Virus record (IMG/VR): IMGVR_UViG_3300031963_000771
Span: 1 to 27,365 of that record
Direction: 5' to 3' (one strand)
DNA: 27,365 bases
Source: a virus
Lineage: Duplodnaviria > Caudoviricetes
Position 1 is the first letter of the stretch; every line of letters begins with the position of its first letter. This document shows positions 20,088 to 27,365 of the stretch, piece by piece. Below the pieces are notes generated by a model, which had not been told where the DNA came from, did no database searches, and saw nothing but the letters and a program-made list of their open reading frames with translations. The position numbers were made by a program, and so were the translations under genes.

Positions 20088-20429
20088 ATGGCACACTGGG
20101 CAGAAATTGATGAAAATAATATAGTAATTCGTGTAACTGTGGGATCTAATGAGGATCCAGACGAAGGTTATCAGTGGTTGATAGATAACCTAGGTGGTCG
20201 ATGGATAAAGACTTCCTACAACAGTTTTGGCGGAGTCCATTACAAATCAGAGTTAGACGAAAAAGGGAAACGCATCCCATCTGGTAACCCACATCTTCGA
20301 TTCAACTTTGCAGGTACTGGGTTCACATACGATGAAAACCTTGATGCTTTTATTCCACCTAAGCCCGAAGAAGATGAAAATACAAAATTCTGGCTAAATC
20401 CACAAACTTGTCTATGGGAAGAAGTATAA
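20088..20429 (+). CDS. Conserved partner of glycine-rich fibre genes (possible fibre assembly protein)
   Basis: MAHWAEIDENN.V.RV...WIKTSYN...RFNFAG.GFTYD..LDAFIPPKP...W.....LWE pattern; SD AAGGA fits ATG 20088. Confidence 0.7.
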   Translation: MAHWAEIDENNIVIRVTVGSNEDPDEGYQWLIDNLGGRWIKTSYNSFGGVHYKSELDEKGKRIPSGNPHLRFNFAGTGFTYDENLDAFIPPKPEEDENTKFWLNPQTCLWEEV

Positions 20430-20881
20430 TGAAAAGAGAATTACAATCATATACTGATGAACAGAATCGCAAATATGTTGAAGAACATATGCCTGTAGAG
20501 TTTATTGGAAAGCATCATTCAAAGCATAATGGTACGCCAATTCGTATGGCTGTATACGATGAAACAGAAGATAGAAAGTTTATTGTTGATTCAAATAAAC
20601 TAATTCTAAGAATGTCCGATGCTGGCAAAAAAGGCCTCGTAGCATTTTGTGATTATTATGTAAAAGAAGATAATGGATTAGATATAGGATTTATGTATGT
20701 CCATCCATTTCATAGAAATAAAAACATATCAAACAATATGGCTTTATTTTTTGAAGAATTGATACCCCTAACCGCAACTCTTGATGCCTATAATGTTTCA
20801 AGCGAATATGTTGAAAAACTTATAGCAAATGCAACAAATAAAAGAACTATAAATGTTCGCACTTTTGAGTACACAAAGTAA
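20429..20881 (+). CDS. GNAT-like acetyltransferase (150 aa), low GC
   Basis: LDIGFMYVHPFHRNKNIS resembles GNAT motif A (V.P..R..G); TAATG-coupled start; GC about 25-35% in hand-counted lines. Confidence 0.5.
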   Translation: MKRELQSYTDEQNRKYVEEHMPVEFIGKHHSKHNGTPIRMAVYDETEDRKFIVDSNKLILRMSDAGKKGLVAFCDYYVKEDNGLDIGFMYVHPFHRNKNISNNMALFFEELIPLTATLDAYNVSSEYVEKLIANATNKRTINVRTFEYTK

Positions 20882-20891
20882 GGAGTAGTTA

Positions 20892-23108
20892 GTGGCTTAC
20901 GGCGATGACATCACAGAAGGTTTACCTTATGTACTTTCCAATCCAGTTGGAGCAATCAACTTTTCGTCTACAGGCGAGGCTTACGATATTGCTATTGCTG
21001 GTCAGCCGTTCTTTCTAGCAACTTCTGACGATACTCCGTATCGTCGCGTCACTGCTCAGTACCGCAAGCAACAGTATGACCAGACCCGTGAAGCTGGAGA
21101 ACAGTCGCTTACTGGCTGGTGGTTTAGATCTCAGTCATCATTCCATCTAGGTCAGGGCATCAAGTATTTTGAGCCTGCTCAAGATGAATCGCTACGCTTC
21201 CAGTACAAGGAATCCAAAGGTGTAGATGTCTGGACCAAAGGTCAAGCAACGCTTATCTACGATGTAGATGAAGGACACGTCACTACAACTCCTTTGCAGG
21301 ATGGAGATAGACCAGGACAGTATCTGCGTTCCATCAAGTGGACCAAGAGTGGTAACACCTATGATGGTTGCTTACTGCTTGACGGCTATGACATCAACAA
21401 GGTTTACCCAACTATCACAGCCTCGGTCAATAACAAGGCTCTTACCTCTAACGTAGCAACACTCACCACAACTGCTGCTCACGGCTTTGCCGTAGGTATG
21501 ACAGTGGAAGTATCAGGCGTAGATGCTACCTTCAATGGTTCTTACACAATTACCGCAGTCACTAGTACTACTTTTTCCTATGCTAAGACTGCATCAAATG
21601 TAACCTCAACTGCAGTCAGCCCTGTCGGAACTGCCTATAGCAATGATACCCACTTCCAAGACTACTCAGTATCTGGTGCGTATAAGGTCTACGCACTCTG
21701 TGATGATGGTGTATATGCCTATTGGATTGCACTTATCGACGATGCTGGTACAGATAAAACTGCTATGTACAAGAAGTTACTCAACGATGATGCAACAGTA
21801 TCACCTACAGAAATGTGGAAGTCATCAGCTATCATAGTTTCCAATGCAGTAATGGAGTTCACTAAGGAACGTATCGTTGCCTGCATCAACAACAAAGTAT
21901 TTGAATATGCAACCAATGCCTCTGCTATTGGTACTGCTGTTTATACCCATCCAGTAGATGACTTCTACTACACCAGCATCACATCATCTGGTGCTGCTAT
22001 TTATTGTGCTGGCTTCTCTGGCGGTCAATCCAATATCCAGAAGTTTACACTGACTACTGCTGGTGCTATGCCTAGTTTGACTAGCGCTATCACCGCTGCT
22101 GAGATGCCAGTAGGAGAGCGCATCTTCCGTATCTATTACTACCTTGGTTATATGCTGATTGGAACAGATAAAGGTGTGCGAGTAGCGGCAGTATCCGATG
22201 ACGGATCTATAGCCTACGGACCACTGGTCTTTGAATCAGAGCAACCAGTCTATGACTTTGCAGCTCGCGACAAGTATGTCTGGTGTGCTACTAACGTAGA
22301 TGGTGCGCCTGGTACCACACGCATTGACCTTGGTACACAGATTGCTCCGCTCGTATTTCCTTACGCTTGGGATACCTACTATTTCCCAGAGACTGTCGGG
22401 AATCGCATCACAGGTCGTTACACAACTGCCTGTGCTTTTGTCAATGGTACTGACAGACTTGCTTTTTGCACTAACTATAGTGGGACTGATGGACACGTCT
22501 ACATTGAATCCGATACGCGTCTAGTATGGGAAGGCTACCTACAGACAGGTTATATCCGATACAACACACTAGAGCCAAAGATATTCAAGTTGGTATTTCC
22601 TCGCTTTGTAGCCACAGATGGTGGTCTTGTAGTCAAGTCAATTACTGCAGATGAGACTGAGTACACCATTGGTAATTATCCACAAGGTTCTGATGTAACA
22701 GAGACTGGTGTTCCATATCCAAATACCCCACAGGAATATCTAGCTTTCAAGTTTGTCATTACTCCATCAACAACTAACAACACCCTTGGGCCACTATTCA
22801 CTGGCTATCAAGTCAAGTCGCTGCCTGCAATCCCGCGCCAGCGCTTGATTCAGTATCCACTATTCTGCTACGACCACGAGTCAGATAAGTTCGGCGTGGA
22901 GGTTGGATACGAAGGCTCTGCTTGGCAGCGTATGCAGGCTCTTGAGAACATTGAAAACAATGGAGACACTATCCGTATTGAAGACTTCCGTACAGGAGAA
23001 TCATTCCTTGGTCTTATCGAGGAACTAGATTTCATCAACAAAACACCCACAGATAAGCGCTTCACTGGTTTCGGTGGAGTTCTTATTGCAACTATTAGAT
23101 CCGTATAA
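20892..23108 (+). CDS. Probable tail nozzle / tubular protein B (738 aa)
   Basis: Beta-rich, propeller-like composition and size typical of podovirus nozzle proteins; SD AAGGAG; last structural gene. Confidence 0.6.
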   Translation: MAYGDDITEGLPYVLSNPVGAINFSSTGEAYDIAIAGQPFFLATSDDTPYRRVTAQYRKQQYDQTREAGEQSLTGWWFRSQSSFHLGQGIKYFEPAQDESLRFQYKESKGVDVWTKGQATLIYDVDEGHVTTTPLQDGDRPGQYLRSIKWTKSGNTYDGCLLLDGYDINKVYPTITASVNNKALTSNVATLTTTAAHGFAVGMTVEVSGVDATFNGSYTITAVTSTTFSYAKTASNVTSTAVSPVGTAYSNDTHFQDYSVSGAYKVYALCDDGVYAYWIALIDDAGTDKTAMYKKLLNDDATVSPTEMWKSSAIIVSNAVMEFTKERIVACINNKVFEYATNASAIGTAVYTHPVDDFYYTSITSSGAAIYCAGFSGGQSNIQKFTLTTAGAMPSLTSAITAAEMPVGERIFRIYYYLGYMLIGTDKGVRVAAVSDDGSIAYGPLVFESEQPVYDFAARDKYVWCATNVDGAPGTTRIDLGTQIAPLVFPYAWDTYYFPETVGNRITGRYTTACAFVNGTDRLAFCTNYSGTDGHVYIESDTRLVWEGYLQTGYIRYNTLEPKIFKLVFPRFVATDGGLVVKSITADETEYTIGNYPQGSDVTETGVPYPNTPQEYLAFKFVITPSTTNNTLGPLFTGYQVKSLPAIPRQRLIQYPLFCYDHESDKFGVEVGYEGSAWQRMQALENIENNGDTIRIEDFRTGESFLGLIEELDFINKTPTDKRFTGFGGVLIATIRSV

Positions 23109-23119
23109 GGAGCCAGTAA

Positions 23120-23323
23120 ATGACCCCTGCTGATTGGGCAATGCTTGTTGCCACCATTCTAGGAATAACCTCAACCCTGCTAATGGGATTGCGGTGGCTA
23201 GTCAAAACATTTCTTATGGAACTCAAGCCCAATGGCGGCTCATCTATCAAGGACAAGGTAAATGCCTTGGAAGAAAAAGTAGATTTACTAACTGAACTAG
23301 TCAAAGAAGCACTAAGGAAGTGA
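23120..23323 (+). CDS. Holin-like membrane protein (67 aa)
   Basis: One N-terminal TM helix, ELKPNGGSSIKD motif, coiled coil; directly upstream of the lysin. Confidence 0.65.
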   Translation: MTPADWAMLVATILGITSTLLMGLRWLVKTFLMELKPNGGSSIKDKVNALEEKVDLLTELVKEALRK

Positions 23324-23326
23324 CGA

Positions 23327-23851
23327 ATGAAACCTGTTGCAAAACGTGCAACACCTGCTGCTATTGCCGTTCTTCGGCAGGCAACTGCGCTTGCTCCGAA
23401 GCGCAACAAAGCATCGGATGGATTACTACCAAGCAAGGCTCACATCAAGGCAAGCCCTGATTCAGACCACAATACGGGCCTAGCAGTAGACCTGACCCAC
23501 GATCCAAAGGCAGGTATTGACTGTGCCGAGATATTTGAAAAACTCAAAGAAGATGAAAGGGTTGCTTACCTTATCTTCAATAAAAAAATTTGGTCACGCC
23601 TCAAGGCTAGCGCTGGTAATCGTGTTTATACTGGCAGTAATTCACACTCTAAGCATCTTCATATTTCTATCAACGCTGATAGCGCTAATGACACTAGCCC
23701 TTGGTTCTGGTGGATGAATCAACCTAAAGTTGTGAACCAGGTGAAGGCTGCCCTGCAGCCTCAACCCAAGAAGAAGGTGGCAGAAGGTGTCAAAGTGACA
23801 CCTGTATGTACCTGCTGCAAGGTTCACGGCAAACAAAAGAAAGGCAACTAA
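23327..23851 (+). CDS. Endolysin, probable Zn-dependent M15-like peptidase
   Basis: SDH-x3-LAVD (H-x6-D) and HSKHLHISI (H-x-H) metal-binding motifs; flanked by two membrane-protein genes. Confidence 0.7.
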   Translation: MKPVAKRATPAAIAVLRQATALAPKRNKASDGLLPSKAHIKASPDSDHNTGLAVDLTHDPKAGIDCAEIFEKLKEDERVAYLIFNKKIWSRLKASAGNRVYTGSNSHSKHLHISINADSANDTSPWFWWMNQPKVVNQVKAALQPQPKKKVAEGVKVTPVCTCCKVHGKQKKGN

Positions 23852-24036
23852 TGGAAACACTCAAGCAAGTATCGCTGACGTGGTTTCGTGCTGCAGCCTC
23901 TGCTGCCATTGCACTCTACCTCGCAGGTGAAACTGATCTCAAGACTCTAGGAACTGCAGCACTTGCAGGATTCCTCGGTCCTGTATTGAAGTACCTCGAC
24001 TCATCCGCTAAAGATTTCGGTCGCGGAGCAGCGTAG
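23851..24036 (+). CDS. Holin, 61 aa with two hydrophobic segments
   Basis: TAATG-coupled ATG 23851; AAASAAIALYLAG and LGTAALAGFLGPVL; C-terminal D...DFGRG. Confidence 0.7.
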   Translation: METLKQVSLTWFRAAASAAIALYLAGETDLKTLGTAALAGFLGPVLKYLDSSAKDFGRGAA

Positions 24037-24056
24037 TTTGTAGATAGCGCGAGGCA

Positions 24057-24094
24057 AAGCCCCTGTCCCTTACGGGATGGGGGCTTCTTTTTTT
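24057..24094 (+). terminator. Rho-independent terminator ending the late operon
   Basis: AAGCCCCTGTCCC-TTAC-GGGATGGGGGCTT 13-bp stem followed by CTTTTTTT; lies between convergent genes. Confidence 0.9.
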
Positions 24095-24597
24095 ATGCCT
24101 GAAAGTGGACGAATGTCAGTTACTGGAACTTGATAGTTATGTACCTTGTTACCCTCTGGACCTGTCCAAGAAGGCTCATATTGCTTGATATCAGCAACAG
24201 TATTCCAGCCATAGATGATGACTTCTGTGGGCTGTAGCGGGTCTACAGAGGTCCATAGAAGGGCATCTGCTTTCTTCTCTAGGAATGGCAGTTGCTTACT
24301 TGATACTGCCCTGCCCCATACCTGCCAGTAATTAGTGTTCCACGTCTTGATATCCCAGCGCACAGCATCTGCTGTGATGTCACAAAAGTTATCCTCTTCA
24401 GCATTGAGAAAGTGTGGAGTAGTTTCCATACCCAACTGTTTGAAGTATTTATGGGCAGCTAGTTCACCGAACCTGCCTATAGAGTGTGATGATCTAAGGT
24501 TGCGATAGTGACCGTTGAAGTTTTTGTATTTCTGATAGGTGCGCTCTGACAGTTCTTCGGCTATAACCAAGTCTTCTTCTGTCAGGGGAATGTTCAT
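24070..24597 (-). CDS. PD-(D/E)XK nuclease-like protein (175 aa)
   Basis: G.FGE.AA..Y...CDI......WDIKT matches the E...D...(D/E)xK pattern; start at 24597 by ATGA overlap with the upstream gene. Confidence 0.6.
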   Translation of the reverse strand: MNIPLTEEDLVIAEELSERTYQKYKNFNGHYRNLRSSHSIGRFGELAAHKYFKQLGMETTPHFLNAEEDNFCDITADAVRWDIKTWNTNYWQVWGRAVSSKQLPFLEKKADALLWTSVDPLQPTEVIIYGWNTVADIKQYEPSWTGPEGNKVHNYQVPVTDIRPLSGIKKEAPIP

Positions 24598-24824
24598 TCT
24601 GGCCTGTCTACTGGGCAGGGAGCTTTGAGTAAGTTTCCACAATTAGCACATTGTACATCCAAGGCGTACCAAACTATCTCATAGTTCTCAAACTGGACAT
24701 ACGTGTTGAACACAGTACAACCACAGACACACTGGTGGGTTGGACCTACATCGCGGAGGTCAGAGGCTTGAATTGGTGGCAGCTCTTGGCTATATTTCAG
24801 CAGCCGAAGTAGACGGAGCAGCAT
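24594..24824 (-). CDS. Small Cys-rich zinc-ribbon protein (76 aa)
   Basis: PTHQCVCG...CANCG...APCP; SD AGGAGTGAGG on the minus strand. Confidence 0.75.
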   Translation of the reverse strand: MLLRLLRLLKYSQELPPIQASDLRDVGPTHQCVCGCTVFNTYVQFENYEIVWYALDVQCANCGNLLKAPCPVDRPE

Positions 24825-24879
24825 TGCCTCACTCCTATCGGCCCGTGAGGGCCGTACTGTAATTCGCCTGACGGCTCAT

Positions 24880-24940
24880 ATTGTAATGAACTGGTGTGTC
24901 GCTACCGCGACGACACGCCGATGAATGTATAGTTCCGCTA
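24880..24940. promoter_or_regulatory. Divergent promoter pair, each with a CGACAC box upstream of a TANNNT -10 element
   Basis: Plus strand: GACAC 24912-16, 11 nt, TATAGT 24928-33, 6 nt, ATG 24940. Minus strand: GACAC 24900-24896, 10 nt, TACAAT 24885-24880. Confidence 0.65.
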
Positions 24941-25503
24941 TGACAACATTGGTTGGTGTGCAACTCGAAGATCGAGTTGTGTTAGCTGCAGATTCTCAGA
25001 TTACTGAAGATAACTTGAGGACCGTTAGCACATCCACTCCGAAAATAATTCACGTGGGTAAATACCTGTTAGGTATCACAGGTGACTCACGTCCTGGTGA
25101 CATCCTTGCCTACAACTGGAAGCCACCTGTATACAAAGGAGCTAACCCTGTTCAGTGGATGGGTACCAAGGTAATGCCATCCATCATCACGGCGTTCAAG
25201 GAGAATGGATATGATCCGTATGAATCGACAAAAGAAAAAGACGCAGGGTTCGACTACCTTGTTTCGTTTGATGGCAACCTCTTCCATATTGCGACGGACC
25301 TCTCGTTCATCCAGTCGTCCGCCAATATTTATGGACTTGGTAGTGGTGGGCAGTTTGCTCTTGGTTATCTTTATGACCGCGTGGGCCGTCTCACTATGGG
25401 CAATGTAGACCAACACGCCGAGAAAGCCGTTCAGATAGCCTCGATGCTTGACATCAATACCTGTCCTCCGATTCAATTAGTTACTCAGAGACGGGAGCTG
25501 TAA
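24940..25503 (+). CDS. Ntn-hydrolase, proteasome beta/HslV-like peptidase (187 aa)
   Basis: Start at ATG 24940 gives M-TTLVG with an N-terminal Thr nucleophile; AADSQ, PKI, G.TG, GSG and D..T motifs. Confidence 0.85.
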   Translation: MTTLVGVQLEDRVVLAADSQITEDNLRTVSTSTPKIIHVGKYLLGITGDSRPGDILAYNWKPPVYKGANPVQWMGTKVMPSIITAFKENGYDPYESTKEKDAGFDYLVSFDGNLFHIATDLSFIQSSANIYGLGSGGQFALGYLYDRVGRLTMGNVDQHAEKAVQIASMLDINTCPPIQLVTQRREL

Positions 25504-25700
25504 TGTATAAAGATTTCAAATCGTTCACCCTTCACGTGAACAAACATACCCTAGAGAACTTTGCTCTGGGTTTTGATTACTACATCATCTATATGTATCC
25601 GACAAATATTAGGAGAGCAAAAGTGTTTCAGTTGAACTTTTTGTTTTTCAATGTAACATTGACTCGTTGGTTCACACGCGAATATATCTCAGGGGCTTGA
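25503..25700 (+). CDS. Hypothetical aromatic-rich, AT-rich protein (65 aa)
   Basis: TAATG-coupled, SD GGGAG; fills the gap between neighbours exactly. Confidence 0.6.
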   Translation: MYKDFKSFTLHVNKHTLENFALGFDYYIIYMYPTNIRRAKVFQLNFLFFNVTLTRWFTREYISGA

Positions 25701-25701
25701 T

Positions 25702-26640
25702 ATGGATATCAAAGAACTACTTGTAAAGGCTCTTCACGAGAAAGAGAACAAGCGCGGCAGGTCCACGCAAGTTCAAATCGGTCCATCAGAACTCGGTGGA
25801 TGTAGACGCAAGGTGTGGTATCGGTTGAATGGTCAACCTGAAACCAATGACAACGAGATAAAACTCGCAGCGATTATGGGGACTGCCATTCACGCTGCAA
25901 TAGAGAATGCACTTGCAGAGAATCAAGAGGTCCTTCTGGAGAAGACCGTTGAGTTTGACGGTATGAAGGCCCACGTTGATTGCTTCATTCCTGGGACAGG
26001 GGATGTCGTTGACTGGAAGACTACGAAAGTCAAGAACCTTTCTTACTTTCCGTCAGAACAGCAACGCTGGCAAGTACAAGTCTATGGCTACCTGATCTCT
26101 AAGTCTGGCTTGGGGAAGGTCCAGAACGTGAACCTAGTAGCTATACCTCGTGACGGAGATGAGCGAGATATTCTTGTTCACTCCGAGCCATATGACGAGG
26201 CCATCGCACTAGAGGCTCTGAATTGGTTAGCAGCGATTCGGACTATGACTGACGCTCCTGCGCCCGAAAGGCACGAGAGCTACTGTCAGAGCTACTGCAA
26301 ATTCTATGATGCCTCTGGTGAGATGGGATGCGTTGGTATAAAAAAAGGACTTACCAAGTCTGAGTTACCTCAGCTTGATGACTTCGAGGCTGCGATGGAT
26401 GCACTGCATTACACGCAGGTAGACACCGAAATAAAAACATTGGAAGAAAAGAAACAAGCACTACGCGATAAGTTGCTTGGTAAAACTGGAGTTACTACTA
26501 CTGGATATGAGATCAAGTGGTCTACTGTTCAGAGTAATACCATCGACAAAGAAGCAGTGGAGAAAGCACTAGGCTTCGTGCCGATGAAACAAGGGAAGGA
26601 AAGCTCAAGGCTTTCCATCAAGAAGACTGGAGATAAATAA
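25702..26640 (+). CDS. Cas4/RecB-like PD-(D/E)XK exonuclease with a probable Fe-S cluster
   Basis: GPSELGGCRRK, GTAIH, HVD...DWKT, QVQVY and C-terminal CQSYC...C cysteines. Confidence 0.88.
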   Translation: MDIKELLVKALHEKENKRGRSTQVQIGPSELGGCRRKVWYRLNGQPETNDNEIKLAAIMGTAIHAAIENALAENQEVLLEKTVEFDGMKAHVDCFIPGTGDVVDWKTTKVKNLSYFPSEQQRWQVQVYGYLISKSGLGKVQNVNLVAIPRDGDERDILVHSEPYDEAIALEALNWLAAIRTMTDAPAPERHESYCQSYCKFYDASGEMGCVGIKKGLTKSELPQLDDFEAAMDALHYTQVDTEIKTLEEKKQALRDKLLGKTGVTTTGYEIKWSTVQSNTIDKEAVEKALGFVPMKQGKESSRLSIKKTGDK

Positions 26641-26996
26641 TGGCTGCACCAGAATCAACAAAGTTCCAGGTGAACTTCAAAGCACCAGATGGAACTCTTA
26701 TCAATTTGTACGCTGCGAATAAGGAAGAACTTGAGGCGCTGTTATCCACAGCGCAGGACTTTTCTGCCCTCATTGGAAGCGTTAGCCAATCATTCTCAGG
26801 CGCTAGAGTTGCTGCGCCCGTACCAAGTGCTGCGCCAGTAGCATCTGCACCTGCACCACAAGGTGGCGCTAATGTCTGTAAACACGGACCAATGGCTTAC
26901 AAAGAAGGCGTAAGTGCTAAGGGTCCTTGGAAAGGTTATATGTGTCAGGCACCAAAGGGTGCTACTGACAAGTGCCAAACTATCTGGGTCCGATGA
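26640..26996 (+). CDS. Conserved actinophage protein with a Pro/Ala linker and C-terminal CxH...C...C zinc finger
   Basis: CKHG.M....G....GPWKGYMC........KC; TAATG coupling, SD GGAG. Confidence 0.75.
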   Translation: MAAPESTKFQVNFKAPDGTLINLYAANKEELEALLSTAQDFSALIGSVSQSFSGARVAAPVPSAAPVASAPAPQGGANVCKHGPMAYKEGVSAKGPWKGYMCQAPKGATDKCQTIWVR

Positions 26997-27000
26997 CCCA

Positions 27001-27261
27001 ATGCGAGAGCCTCGTGAATTCGAGGATCCTCTCTGCGCTCAATCAGGTGGTGACTTCTGGTTTCCAGAACCAGGACAAGGGACAAAACCTGAAACTTACT
27101 TCGCTAGAAGTATATGTGGTAAGTGTATCCATCAAGCTGAGTGTGCAGAATGGGGCATCCATAACGAGCGTTACGGAATCTGGGGTGGCCTTACAGAGGC
27201 ACATCGAAAGCAGATAAGAAAACAAAGAAGAATAGTAATACGACGGGAGGAAAGTGCTTAG
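27001..27261 (+). CDS. whiB: WhiB-family Fe-S transcription factor (86 aa)
   Basis: C...D.WFP...C-x2-C-x5-C followed by GIWGGL and a basic tail (R.QIRKQRR); likely start at ATG 27001. Confidence 0.93.
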   Translation: MREPREFEDPLCAQSGGDFWFPEPGQGTKPETYFARSICGKCIHQAECAEWGIHNERYGIWGGLTEAHRKQIRKQRRIVIRREESA

Positions 27262-27365
27262 GTTAGACCGCGCTTGGAAGACTGCCCATACATTGGCGCA
27301 GCCACTTCCGACTGTGTGGAAAGACTTAGATACTAAAGGCATAAAGTTTCGGCGTGGTCAAGTGT
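27254..27365 (+). CDS. DnaB-like helicase, N-terminal fragment (3'-truncated)
   Basis: SD GGAGG, GTG start; LRLDRAW...PLPTVWKDL...GIKFRRGQV resembles the region before the Walker A motif in actinophage DnaB-like proteins. Confidence 0.7.
   Translation, partial: MLRLDRAWKTAHTLAQPLPTVWKDLDTKGIKFRRGQV

Noticed and set aside
25702-26640. Cas4-like gene as a sign of a CRISPR-Cas system
   Set aside because: I saw no repeat-spacer array or other cas genes; stand-alone Cas4-like exonucleases are common in actinophage replication modules.
26914-27000. N-terminal extension of WhiB given by the ORF track
   Set aside because: It overlaps the upstream gene; ATG 27001, 4 nt after that gene's stop, gives a typical WhiB length.

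Overview
This 27.4-kb window is a slice of a tailed dsDNA phage genome with a podovirus-like layout. The host is almost certainly an actinobacterium, since the phage encodes WhiB and an L5-type DnaB-like helicase. The moderate GC content and gene set resemble phages of freshwater Actinomycetota such as acI/Nanopelagicales (inference). Positions ~1-24036 form one + strand morphogenesis/lysis region: portal, several probable internal virion proteins, scaffold, major capsid, a cluster of tiny Lys-rich ORFs missed by the ORF track, a Gly-X-Thr collagen-like fibre next to a GT4 glycosyltransferase, adaptor, fibre/receptor-binding genes, nozzle, holins and endolysin. It ends at an intrinsic terminator. 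Two minus-strand genes and a divergent promoter region follow, then an early/replication operon (Ntn-hydrolase, Cas4-like exonuclease, Zn-finger protein, WhiB, helicase start). The most notable signals are: (1) back-to-back promoters each carrying a WhiA-type GACAC box, in a phage that encodes its own WhiB; (2) a possible double-pseudoknot RNA over the scaffold ribosome-binding site; (3) a collagen fibre plus glycosyltransferase module with its own leaderless promoter; (4) a run of translationally coupled, mostly basic micro-proteins, including a 17-aa Cys/Lys peptide; (5) apparent total absence of TTAA, CATG and CCGG. All calls are from reading the sequence; no database search or folding program was run.
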